The notes under the pieces were generated by a model, which ran no database searches, was not told where the DNA came from, and saw only the letters and a program-made list of their open reading frames with translations. Positions 49,239 through 61,477 of a stretch of 64,000 nucleotides of DNA are shown here, piece after piece. Position 1 is the first letter of the stretch, and each line of letters begins with the position of its first letter. Made by a program: the position numbers and the translations under genes. Source of the DNA: Squalus acanthias (lineage: Eukaryota); contig CM059433.1 of the NCBI GenBank assembly GCA_030390025.1, positions 28,522,001 to 28,586,000 of the forward strand, in the 5' to 3' direction.

Positions 49239-50319
49239 GATAGATTAAGTGAATGGGTAAAACTGTGATAGATGGATTTTAGCACAGGTAAATGCAAGGT
49301 CATTCCTTTTGGACCGAAAAAGGATAGATCTGAGTATTATTTAAATGGTGAAAAGCCAGGAACAGTGGAGGTCAAAAAGTGATTTCGGGGTCCATGTACA
49401 CAGATCACTAAAATGTAGTAGTCAGGTACAAAAGATAATCAAAAAGGCTAATGGAATGTTACACTAGAGGGCCAGAATATAAAGGGGAGGAAGTTTTGCT
49501 ACAGTGATACAAAGCCCTGGTTAGACCACATCTGGAGTACTGTGTATAGATCTGGGCACTACAACTTGGAAAGGATATATTGGCCTTGGAAGGAGTACAG
49601 CACAGTGTTTCCAGGGCTCCAAGGGTTAGATTATGAGGAGAGATTACATAAACCAAGCTTGTATTCCTTGGAATATAGAAAGTTAAGTGTTGATTTGATT
49701 GAGGTTTTTAGGATTTTGATAAAGTAGATCGATAGAAACTTTTTCCGCTGGTGGGGGAAGTCTATGACAAGGGGTCATATCTTTAAATTCAGAACCAGGC
49801 TATTCAGGAGAGAAGTTAGGAAACACTTCTTCACGCAAAGGCTGCTAGATGGAAATCTCTCCCACAAAAAGCAGTATATGCTAGTTCAATTAATAATTTT
49901 AAATCTGAGATCAATAGATTTTTGCTAGCCAAGGGTATCGAGGGATATAGAGCCAAGGCAGGTAGATGGAGTTCGGATACAGATCAGCCATGATCTCATT
50001 GAATGGCAGAACAAGCTCGAGGGGCTGAATGGCCTCCTCCTGTTCCTATAAGGTTGTTACAGCCCTGTTAACACCAGGCGAAAGGAACTCAAAATTGACC
50101 CCATTGTTTAAACTGTGGTTCATAGATCCCAGATTCTTTTCCGGAATTGGGTCTGCTAATTTATCCTAAGTGTTCCTGATTCTACAGAATTCAGAGAGAG
50201 TTTCTGAGAATGCGAGTACTCACATTGTGTGCTGTTTTGGTATGTTGCTGTATATGTTCCTATAATGGCTGGGATCCACTGCTATAAACTTCCCCCCCTC
50301 CTCATCCTCCCCCCAAACC

Positions 50320-50685
50320 CACCTGGATTGCCCTGGAGTCTCTAGGAATTGAAGATTAATCTCCAGGACACAGCTGTGAGCAACACCCAGGAGAAAAACC
50401 ATAGGGGCGTTAAGAAAATTGTGCTTTTTGTTTTCATTTTCTTTGAACACTTTTGTTTATTAATTATAAAAAATATAGGAGTTGGGAAAAAAAAAGGCTG
50501 TTTTGACAGACAAGAATCATCCAATTGAGTCATGAAGAGTCTGTTTGCTTTCCAATTGGCGGTGTGCAATGAGGATGGACATGTTGGGTAGACCAATGGT
50601 GGGAGTGTGGGGGCGGGGCACTGGCAGGCAGCAGGTCATGTGATGAAACCTCCAAGAATACGACCAACCAGAGTTGGCAACCCTA
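50320..50685. mobile_element. hAT-like non-autonomous element (left end truncated)
   Basis: Ends GTTGGCAACCCTA; homologous to 28001-28453. Confidence 0.55.
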
Positions 50686-50904
50686 CACCCTCGGGTGAGC
50701 TGAGTGCCCCCGTTGCATCTGCCTGTAAACGTGCCTGACCTTGTAACTTGGGATGGGGGTCAAAGGTACATCATGGGGGAGGGGTAGATGTCCCGGGTCC
50801 ACCCCATAACCCTTCCAGAGGAACTCTTGATTATAAAACTCTGCTTTTTCTTTCAAATTAGAAGTGCAATTTCTCCCTCGCCTTGATGTCATACGATGTG
50901 GGTG

Positions 50905-51920
50905 TGTCAGGGGTGCTGGGGCCCCAGCTGTTTACATTATATATTAATGATTTGGACGAAGGGATTAATTGTAATATCTCCAAATTTGCGGATGACACTA
51001 AATTGGGAGGCAGTGTGAACAATGAGGAGGATGCTAGGAGGCTACAGAGTGACTTGGACAGATTGGGTGAATGGGCAAATGTATGGCAGATGAAGTACAA
51101 TGTGGATAAATGTGAGGTTATCCACTTTGGTGGTAAAAATAGGGAGGCAGACTATTACCTGAATGGTGGCAGATTAGGGAAAGGGGAGGTGCAACGAGAC
51201 CTGGGCGTCATGGTACATCAGTCACTGAAGGTGGGAAGGTAAGTGCAGCAGGCAGTCAAGAAAGCAAATGGCATGATGGCCTTCATAGCAAGAGGATTTG
51301 AGTACAGGAGTAGGGAGGTGATGCTACAGTTGTACAGGGCCTTGGTGAGGCCACACCTGGAGTATTGTGTGCAGTTTTGGTCTCCTAACTTGAGGAAGGA
51401 CATTCTTGCTATTGAGGGAGTGCAACGAAGGTTCACTAGATTGATTCCTGGGATGTCCAGACTGACATATCAAGAAAGACTGGATCAACTGAACTTGTAT
51501 CCTCTGGAGTTCAGAAGAATGAGGGGGGATCTTATAGAGACGTTTAAAATCCTGACTGGTTTAGACAAATTAGATGCGGGCAGAATGTTTCCAATGTTAG
51601 GGAAAACTAAAACCAAGGGTCACAGTCTAAGGATAAAGGGGAAGCCATTTAAGACTGAGATGAGGAGGAATTTCTTCACCCAGAGAGTGGTGAATCTGTG
51701 GAATTCTCTACCACAGAAGGTTGTTGAGGCCAGTTCGCTAAATATATTCAAAAGGGAGTTAGATATAATACTCACAACTAGGGGGATCAAGGGGTATGGC
51801 GAGAAAGCAGGAATGGGGTACTGAGGTAGCATGTTCAGCCATGAACGCATTAAATGGCGGTGCAGGCTCGAAGGACCGAATGGTCTACTCCTGCACCTAT
51901 TTTCTATGTTTCTATGTTTT
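50905..51920 (+). mobile_element. Young 5'-truncated CR1 LINE
   Basis: VLGPQLFTLYINDLD...SKFADDTK; ORFs 50883-51242 and 51243-51824 are in frame with a single TAA between them; tail ttctatgtttctatg. Confidence 0.93.
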
Positions 51921-52113
51921 TATGTCAGTTATTAATGCTACCAAGATTTGCAATGAACTTTTACTAATAGAAAAGATGAGGAAATCAAGCCATGATCCCA
52001 GCCCTGTACAGTCTGGGACTTGAGGCGGGGGCGGGGGTTGGGAAAGATGGCGATTCTGTATAAGTCACCCTGATTTGTTCACCCACATCTCACAGATGAC
52101 TAGGCAGTATTAA

Positions 52114-52780
52114 AAGAAAGCACTTGCATTTATACAACACCTTTCATGACCTCAGGACGTCCCAAAGCGCTTTACTGACAATCAATTATGTCAAGAGGGT
52201 TGTGAATCTTTGTAAATCTCTACCCTAGAGGGCTGTGGATGTTCAGTCATTACGTATATTCAAGACAGAGATCAATAGATTTTTGGACACTAAGGGAACC
52301 AAGGGATATGGGGATAGTGCAGGAAGATGGAGTTGAGATAGATCAGCCATAATCTTATTGAATGGTGGAGCAGGCTCAAAGGGCCGAATGGCCTGCTCCT
52401 GCTCCTATTTCTTATGTTCTTATGTTCTAAAATGTGGCAGCCAATTAGCGCACAGCAAGGTCCCACTAACAGTAATGAGGTAATGACCAGCCAATCTTTT
52501 TTAGGTGTTGGTTGAGGGATAAATATTAGCCAGGCCACCGAGGAGAACTCCCCAGCTTTTTTTTGAAACGTGATCTTTTACATCCACCTTAGAGGGCAGA
52601 CGGCGCCTCGGTTTAACATCTCATCCGAAAGACGGCACCTCCGACAGTGCAGCACTCCCTCAGTACTGCTCTGGAGTGTCAGCCTAGATTATGTGCTCAA
52701 GTCTCTGGAGTGCGACTTTGAATCCACAACCTTTTGACTCAGAGTCCACAGTGCTACCCACTGAGCCATGGCTGACACCT
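52114..52780 (-). mobile_element. DeuSINE split by a CR1 3' fragment (+, about 52190-52428)
   Basis: SINE tail 52114-52188, body and head 52430-52780; CR1 tail ttcttatgttcttatgttct. Confidence 0.8.
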
Positions 52781-53431
52781 CATTGTAGGAAGCTGAGAGC
52801 ATGTTGACAGCCAGGTGTAGAGACAGTATGTGGGATTGGGGTGTAGCTGAAAGACTGGAGGAAAAAGAATGAAAAAAATAATTAAAATATCTTAGCAAAA
52901 TATATTGTTGGATTGTTTCTAAAAAACGTACTTGATTCTAAAACCATGCTGGATAAGGCCAGCTACAGTAGCACATCAATAGATGTCACTTTGGCCCATA
53001 TTTCTATCGCTCTGCTATTCCACTGACTTTCAAAATATCTTGAGACATCCTTTAGCAAAGAAAGCCCTATTAAGATTAGCTCTCAAATTCTGTCATCGGT
53101 CAGAATTGAAAGCTCGACAACCATTTCTACAAGTAATATCCATTAGTCTTCCATTACCTCACAAAAAACAATTACTGTTAAATGGCCACTTAATGTTCCC
53201 TTTCAGTGAAAAATCAAAACTGAGATCCTGAGGGCACAGATGTTAAATGTACTTGGGCAAAGTTGAGGACTTCTATTTTTGGAGAGAACATTTAGAAAAA
53301 TAGAAAATGTAGATTGCTCTTGTGATGCATACTTCCATCAAATATGAAGAGAAAAAAGAGAGTGAAATTCCTCTGTGTATTACAGCTGATGTATGTGCTA
53401 AGCGTATGTTAAGGGTAGTAATTTTGAGTGT

Positions 53432-53810
53432 CACATAGAAATTACAGCACAGAAACAGGCCATTCGGCCCAACTGGTCCATGCTGGTGTTTATGCTCCAC
53501 ACGAGCCTCCTCCCACCGTACTTTATCTAACTCTATCAGCATATCCCTCTATTCCTTTCTCTCTCATGTACTTATCCAGCTTCCCCTTAAATGCATCTAT
53601 GCTATTTGCCTCAACTACTCCTTGTGGTAGCGAGTTCTACATTCTCACCACTCTTTAGGTAAAATAAAGTTTCTTCTGAATTCCTTCTTGGGCTTATTAG
53701 TGACTACCTTATATTTATGGCCCCTAGTTTTAGATTCCCCCACAAGTGGAAACATCTTCTCTACATCTAACCTGTCAAACCCTTTCATTGTCTTAAAGAC
53801 ATCTATTAGG
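53432..53810 (-). mobile_element. CR1 LINE 3' end
   Basis: Reverse match to 35450-35826. Confidence 0.85.
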
Positions 53811-54304
53811 ATATTAAAAACCATCTGAGCTAGATTGCCATAAAATGCTGCTGCTCTTTAGTGCTTGGCTTATTTATCTGCTCTGTATAAATTTGTTTAC
53901 ACAGTGGGAGAAGGGGAGAGGGCGGGGGGTGGTGGTGGGGGGAGAAATAGACTGAAATTTCTTAGTTAGCATTAATGGAGTGCATATCAGGAATTTGAGC
54001 ACACAGGCCATTAAGCCCTAAGAGATTTTCCATCTAATGCACAGAGGGAATTCCAGCTTTAAGGGATGGAATTTCCAGTGGGAGCCGCTGACCTTTGAAC
54101 CCGAATTTCCACAATGTGTTGGGCATATGAATTTGTAAAATTCTACCCTTCCATTTTTTGATGGACTGTGAACCACCACTTTGATCAGTGAAGTTTCCTT
54201 TAACTTTACTTTAATAATTTTTTAATAAAAAAAACTTCAACCACACTTTAGTTTCCAAACACTTACATATTACAATCTAAGGATTGTGCTCCTTACAGCA
54301 GAGA

Positions 54305-54672
54305 AAGTTTAGGGGAGATTTAATAGAGGCATTCAAAATTATGAGGAGTTTTGATAGAATAGATAGCGAGCAACTGTTTTCACAGGCAGGAGGGTTGGTA
54401 ACCAGGGGTCATAGATTTAAATAATTGGCAAAAGAACCAGAAGAGAATTGAGGAGGATTTTTTTTTACGCAGCGAGTTGTTATGATCTGGAATGCACTGC
54501 CTGAAAGGATGGTGGAGGCAGACTCAAAAGAGAATTGAATAAATACTTGATAAGGAGAAATTTGCAGGGCTATGGGGAAAAAGCAGGTGAGTGGGACTAA
54601 TTGGATACCTCTTTCAAAGAGTCGGCACAGACACGATGGACCGAATGGCCTCCTTTTATGCTGTATCATTCA
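54305..54672 (+). mobile_element. CR1 LINE 3' end
   Basis: GDLIEAFKIM...FFTQRVVMIWNALPE; 3'UTR gatggaccgaatggcctcc. Confidence 0.8.
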
Positions 54673-54829
54673 ATAATTCATTATCGTATTCATTTATAAG
54701 TTACACTCAAATCAATTCTTAACTACACCAGTTGATTAACCTCAATATGATTAAGGTTATTTTTAATAATATATCTGCCAGAATGTGTCAACTAAAATCT
54801 GTGCGATGGATGTAAAAGTAGCATAGTTG

Positions 54830-56545
54830 TTGTAGTAGTTCTGCTGCTGGACTAGTAATCCAGAGACTTGAGCTAATCATAGGATCATAGAATCATAGAA
54901 AGTTACAGCACGGAAGGAAGCCATTTCGGCCAATCGTGTCCATGCCAGCCAACAAAGAGCTATCCAGCCTAATCCCACTTCCCAGCTCTTGGTCCGTAGC
55001 CCTGCAGGTTACAGCATCCCAAGTGCACATCCAAGTACTTTTTAAATGTGGTTAGGGTTTCTGCCTCTACCACCCTTTCAGGCAGTGAGTTCCAGACCCT
55101 CACAACCCTCTGGGTGAAGAAGTTTCCCCTCAAATCCCCTCTAAACCTTCCACCAATTACTTTCATCTGTGCCCCCTGGTTTTTGACCCCTCTGCTAAGG
55201 GAAATAGGTCCTTTCTATCCACTTTATCTAGGCCCCTCATAATTTTATACACCTCAATAAGGTCTCCCCTCAGCCTCCTCTGTTTCAAGGAAAACAAACC
55301 CAGCCTATCCAGTCTTTCCTCATAGCTAAGATTCTCTACCCCCGGCAACATTCTTGTAAATCTCCTCTGTACCCTCTCTAGTGCAATCACATCTTTCCTG
55401 TAATGTGGTGACCAGAACTGCACGCAATACTCTAGCTGAGGCCTAACCAGTGTTTTATACAGTTGAAGCATAACCCCCCTGCTCTTGTATTCTATGCCAC
55501 GGCTAATAAAGGCAAGCATTCCGTATGCCTTCTTAACCACCTTATCTACCTGGCCTGCTACCTTCAGGGATCTGTGGACATGCACTCCAAGGTCCCTTTG
55601 TCCTCTACACTACTCAGTGTCCTACCATTTAATGTGTATTCCCTTTCCTTGTTAGCCCTCCCCAAATGCATTACCTCACACTTCTCCGGATTGAATTCCA
55701 TTTGCCACTGTTCTGCCCACCTGACCGATTAATGATATCTTCCTGCAGTCTACAGTTTCCTTCTTCAGTATCAACCACACAGCCGATTTTAGTATCATCT
55801 GCAAACTTCTTAATCAAAGCCCCTATATTCAAGTCTAGATCATTGATATATACCACAAAAAGCAAGGGACCTAGTACCTGCGGAACCCCACTGGAAACAG
55901 CCTTCCAGTCACAAAAACACCCATCAACCATTACCCTCTGCTTCCTGCCTCCGAGCCAGTTTTGAATCCAACTTGACACTTTGCCCTGGATCCCATGGGC
56001 TTTTAACTTCATGACTAGTCTGCCATGTAGAACTTTATCAAAAGCCTTGCTAAAGTCCATATACACTACATCAAACGCACTACCCTCATCTACCCTCCTT
56101 GTTACCTCCTCAAAAAATTCAATCAAGTTTGCCAGACACAACCTTCCCTTAACAAATCCAGAAAATATGATTTGAAATCCCGCCATGGCAGTTTGAGAAT
56201 TTGAATTCAGTTTTTTAAGAAAATCTGGAATTAAAAAGCCGGTATCAGTAAAAGTGACCATGAAGCTGTTGTATTGTCGTGAAAACCCAACTGGTTCACC
56301 AATGTCCTTTAGAAAAGGAAACCTGTTGTCCTTATGCGGTCTGGGCCTATTTCTGACTCCAGTCCCTCATCAACATGGTTGACCCTTAACTGCCCTCTGA
56401 GGTGGCCTAGTAAGCCCCTCAGTTGTATCAAAAACTACTACCAGTGATTCAAGAAGAAGGCCCAGCACCACCATCTCAGGGCAACTAGGAATGGGCAATA
56501 AATGCCAGCCTCGCCAGCGGTGCCCATATCGTGAGAATTAATAAA
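54830..56545 (+). mobile_element. Second SINE family split by CR1 (head about 54830-54877, body 56158-56545)
   Basis: ggactagtaatccagag...ctaatc| and |aatccagaaaatatgatttgaaatccc join to give the sequence of 18604-19003 (reverse). Confidence 0.75.
54878..56157 (-). mobile_element. 5'-truncated CR1 LINE (RT + 3'UTR)
   Basis: GFVKGRLCLANLIEFF...DFSKAFDKV...KFADDTK; tail ctatgattctatgat. Confidence 0.92.
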
Positions 56546-56827
56546 CAAACACATCATGCACTAATATTAATTAATTTTTTACCCCAATGTTGTGACAAAC
56601 AAAATAGCTGTTCCTTTAAATCTAGTCACAGTCCATGAGTAAGTTAAAAATCGACTGCTGTTTAGATTCCAGCGCCAAGCTTACTTTGATATAGTGTTAC
56701 AAGTTGGTTTATAGGTTGCAGAGAGGAATCATTTAAACTGAATCAATGGTGTTTGATTAGTTTAGTTTATGTATGACTAACAATTGCTTGTTTTAAAATT
56801 GAATGGTGGGATATTCAAAAACCCTAT

Positions 56828-57660
56828 GGGGGCGATTTTGCCAGCCCTGGGGAGGCGGGTTTGGAGGCGGGACTGCTGGGGAAATGGCAGAAACTAGGGG
56901 TGGGCACCCATCCCGCCCCCAACCCGTCTCCGTGCCATCTTCCCAGGAGGCGGGTACCCGACCCGTGCCGGGTCCCATCTCCTGGAGGCGGGAAGGGGAT
57001 TACAGCCACTTAACTGCCTGTTAACAGGCAATTAAGAGGATTATACCCATTTTTCCATCATAGGTGCGGGTTTCCCGACATTGGGAAACCCCGCCAGGGT
57101 CAGCGAGGCGAGCAGTGGGTCTGCGGGGGTCAGAGGGGTCCAAAAGTCCGCTGTGGAGGTGAGTGATGGGTGCAAGTGTGGAGAGGTAAGTATGTGAGGT
57201 GAGTGAAAAGTGATAGAAAAAGTTTCCTTACCTTTGTTTCTTCCTGCAGGCTTCAATCGTTGGGGATGTGGAGGCTCCGGCATCTCACAGGCAGAGATGA
57301 CAGATGGCTGCTTCATTCTCCGATGCAACAGCCATCTGCTTTCTGCTCACAAAAGAGGTTTGGTGAGCCTTGAGTACAAGAACTCACCAAACAACAGAGA
57401 TTGTCAGTGTTTGACAACTTCTCAAGGCTATCAAACGATGACAATTCATCTGTCAAAAATGTTTGACAGATGAAACGTCATACGCTGACGTTCTCTGTAA
57501 CCGGCTTCCCTTAATTGGCCTGCTAAGCCCGCTGGGCGGGCTTAACAAGTTCAATCAAGGGAAAATAGCGTGGGTTGGCCACAAGTCAATGGAGGTGGGA
57601 CTAAAACTCGACAAGCAGCAGTTCCACCTCCAACACGCTCCCATTGGCAAAATCACCCCC
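56828..57660. mobile_element. PIF/Harbinger-type MITE
   Basis: 16-bp TIR GGGGGCGATTTTGCCA / TGGCAAAATCACCCCC (one mismatch) and a perfect TAT 3-bp TSD. Confidence 0.85.
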
Positions 57661-57679
57661 TATGTTACCAGATTCAGCT

Positions 57680-58047
57680 CGATCTCAGGAAGGATATATT
57701 AGCCTTGGAGGGGGTGCAGCACAGATGCACCAGAATGATACCGGGGCTAAAAGGGTTAAATTATGAGGACAGGTTGCATAGACTAGGCTTGTCTTCCCTT
57801 GAGTATAGAAGATTAAAGGGTGATCTAATTGAGATGTTTCAGACGATTAAAGGATTATCAATATTTGCCACTTCTACCTGGCGCAGACATGATGGGACAA
57901 ATGGTCTCCATCTGTGCTGTGAATTTCTATGATACTATGATTTGATAGGGTAGATAGAGGGAAAATATTTCCTCTGGTGGAGGAGTTCAGAACAACCTTA
58001 AAATTAGAGCTAGGCCGTTCAGGGGTGATGTCAGGATGCACTTCTTA
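57680..58047 (+). mobile_element. CR1 ORF2 C-terminal fragment containing a short second CR1 tail
   Basis: LRKDILALEGVQHRCTRMIPGLKGLNYEDRL; extra tail ttctatgatactatgat at about 57890-57941. Confidence 0.75.
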
Positions 58048-58825
58048 AATCAATGGATTATCTCTTAGCATGGTCACTCTGTTTGGTTCATGTGTTTGCA
58101 AAGTCTTGGCAGTGAGTTTTAGGAGAACTCATCACTGGAGAATCCTCCATAGGGTGCTACCCAGGATAGGGGAACAGCTAAGTTACAAGAGAACAGAATG
58201 CTTGACACCAGAATGCCTATGAAAAGGCCTTTAAAGGACGAGAGAGAGAGAGCTCTGAATGTCAACCTCCTGTTGTAGAGTGGAGGAGAATAGCTGATTT
58301 CGCGCAAGTGTGATCACCAGATTAGAGGCAGCCAAACTGTGCGTAATATTATGCAATGACATCGCATCAGGCGCTATCTGCATATTAGTTAATTAGTTAG
58401 TTTAGAGTCTCCTGTGCCTAGTGGTACATGAAGCAACCCATTTCTTCCACAGCTGTGTGTCCCGAGCAAGATATTTGACTCCCTCTGAGTTCATCTTTCC
58501 TCACATCCAACAGATGGTGGTTCTCCACAGTTGATGTTTATATTTGCAAATCTGTAAGTGACTCATCTTGTCTCTGGGTTGTTTCTGTATGAAAAGGCGT
58601 ATTTTATGTGGACAGCAGGCTAGCCTGACTCACAACCACATACCAAGAGGGCCTGTGGTCTGGCCTTTAGTCTGACTCCTACCTTTTGATCTCTCTGACT
58701 TGGGAGTTATGCTCCCGGCAGCACAGCTCTCGGGGGTCTTAGGGAGCGCACAAGTCTTCCCATCACGTCAAGGTGCGGTCTCCAGGGAAGGTATCTGCAT
58801 GATACCAGAGTACACAATGGCATGA

Positions 58826-59191
58826 GAAAAATTCTCATCCTGGTGTTCAAATCCCTCCATGGCCTCAGCCCTCCCTATTTCTGTAATCTCCTCCAGCCCT
58901 ACAACCCTCCAAGATATCTGCGCTCCTCCAATTCTGGCCTTTTGCACATCCCCGATTTTCATCACTCCACCAATTGCGGCCATGCATTCAGCTGCCAGGG
59001 CTCTAGACTCTGGAATTCACTCTTTAAACCTCTCAGTCTCTCTTTCCTCCTTTAAGACACTTCTTAAAACCAACCTCTTTGACCAAGCATTTGGTTACCT
59101 GTCCTAATGGCTCGGTGTCAAAATTTGCTTGATAACGCTCCTGTGAAGTGCTTTGGGATGTTAAAGGTGCTACACAAATGCAAGTTGTTGT
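58826..59191 (+). mobile_element. L2 LINE 3' end
   Basis: KILILVFKSLHGLSPPYFCNLL; tail aaatgcaagttgttgttg. Confidence 0.85.
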
Positions 59192-59312
59192 TGAGATTGT
59201 CAACGACATGATGTACTTGCTCCAACTGGCTCAGGATGGTGTTGGGGAGGTCAAAGAGCCAGAATCTGTGGTGTGGCCAGACACATCCCTTAGTCTGTTG
59301 CTGTAGATATAA

Positions 59313-59826
59313 GGGTAAAAATTGGACCATTGCCGTGGCGCTAATTTTAGCGCCCTGAAAAAATTAGCGCCCCCGTGGCCGATTTTCCCAGGTAGCGCCC
59401 TGAGAGGGAGGAGTGGTGCTACTGGAAGCGCCCCGCGTCCCTCTTGGGGCGCTGCGAGACAATATCGCGCCGCTATGTGCCGCAATGCCACGGTACTGCA
59501 GGCCTTCCTCATCCTTATTAAAGGGGAGGGGCCTGGCACAGCGCGTCTCGGCGCCCAGCTGGTCCACCAGGGATCGGGAGTGCCGGCAAATGAGCCCGGC
59601 ACTCAAGAGGAGTGCCGGGCTCACGGAGAGCAGCCAGCACCCCGCGGGGGGGGCTTCATGGGGGCCGGGGACAGCAACGGGGGCAGGTGCTGGCAGGCGG
59701 CCAGCAACAAAAATGGCTGCCCGCCACCTCCCCTTTAACTAGCCCTGCCCCGGCCGCAGATAGGCCCCCCTGACCCCAGCGGACATAGCACTAACAGGAG
59801 GCTCAAATCAACCGAATTTAGCCGCC
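59313..59826. mobile_element. GC-rich Harbinger-type MITE (deleted copy of the 32558-33304 family)
   Basis: Starts GGGTAAAAATTGG; body aligns with 32660-33075. Confidence 0.75.
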
Positions 59827-61477
59827 GTAGTCTGTATGGTTTACCCTGGAAGAGGCCCTATGGAGGATCCGTTGATAGGTTAAGGATCTTCCTCACACTC
59901 AGCAGCATGATGAACTCTGCGGTCCATCGGTGGTTGGTGTTGGCTTCCCCTTGCTCAGGGTCATCCCGTGTCTTGCCATTGTTTTCCTCAAAGATGGTCA
60001 GCCTTACAGGCGTATGTAGCAGAGCTGGACGAAGACAAACATATCTGTGGAGACACAAAGGTGCCAGTGAGGCACATCATAATTTATGCAGCTCAAATTA
60101 TTGGGAGAATGAACAAACTGGCAATAAGAAGCCAATTAAGGTAGATGTGATGAATGGTGCTTTCAGACTACTTGTACTATATCGGGAGATTTCATAATTC
60201 AATTAGTACAACTTAGCTTCTCATAATAGTACAAAAGAAAGAACACGAGACGCTTCCGTACATAAGTGGGTCATCTTATGTTTTTTTATCCGTTCTTGGG
60301 ATGCGGGCATCACAGGCAAGGCCAGCATTTATTGCCCATCCCTAATTGCCTTTGAGAAGGTGGTGGTGAGCTGCCTTCTTGAACCGCTGCAGTCCTTGTG
60401 GTGAAGGTACTCCTACAGTCCTGTTAGGGAGTGAGTTTGACTGAAACAAAGTGGCTTCTAACTGTCCTTCAGTAATTTTAACTTGTCTTTGCCTTGGCCT
60501 TTCCTGGGCCTGGCTGACTTGCAGCTTTCTGTTTCAAAAAGCAGGATTGACTGCCTGTATCTCTGTGTTTTATCTTCCTCTGTTCACAGCCAGAAAAGGA
60601 TCAGGACTTTCCAACACAATGGGTGTGAGGCATTGTTTTATTGCTGAGAAGGCTAATGAGTCACCTATTGTTTACAGTCTATGGGAAATCATCATCAAAG
60701 CCAGCTCATTAGCATTTTAATTACATATTGCCTCAGAGATTTATAAAAAAAATTGTGTGAATACACTATGCTTTAACTCACAACACTTAAAGGTAACTAT
60801 TTTTCCTCAAATGTTTTCTGTGGAAAAATGGTCAAAAGGTCCTGCTAAGAGATGTTAGCAATACTAAAGAAATGGCCATCATTTGATTTACAGGGGATAT
60901 TCTATATCTGAAATAAATAATAAGTAGGAATCTGACTTCTAGGTTAAGCCACGAAGATGGCAGCCTGGGGAGTTCCTGGGGAGTTCTCCCGCTCTCCTCC
61001 TTTAACTTTGGTGGGAAGTCATAGAACTCCTGGAAATGTTTACGCCATTTCTCCAAGGGTTGCATTGATCTCCCACTGTTACGGCAGGAGGTCGGGAGAA
61101 TCCTTATGGAAATTCAGGGGCTGCCTTTCCAATACCAGGTTCTATAATGCAAGGATCTTTAATGTTAAGTGCTACTTCATAACAGACACTCAATATCCAT
61201 CCAAACCGTAACACATTGAATTTCTTTCATCTCTGCTGTAAAATTCCCACGGTACTTTTTTTCTAAACAATTATACTGGATAAAAAGTTAAGTTTATATT
61301 CATTATGTTTGGTTTCTCCTGTTATTTCCATTAAATACATTCAAAAAATGACCTAAATGTGCACAACTTTGATGTGTATTTCTGGTACATTATGTGCTCC
61401 ACAACATTTTGACGCAAGCCCACTTGGAAACGGTGAAGCACTGCATAATAAGAACAGTATTTAAAATAAACCGAGCT

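Larger units (their letters stand above)
44680..50050 (+). mobile_element. Near-full-length degenerate CR1 LINE (ORF1 SGNH-esterase C-terminus, ORF2 APE+RT, 3'UTR) with four nested insertions
   Basis: GFHFMGHWHQFW...DRLHLNRAGT (ORF1); SELEAQIQLRGYDMVAISEIWL (APE); SGVPQGSVLGPQLF...SKFADDTK (RT); tail at about 50050. Confidence 0.9.
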
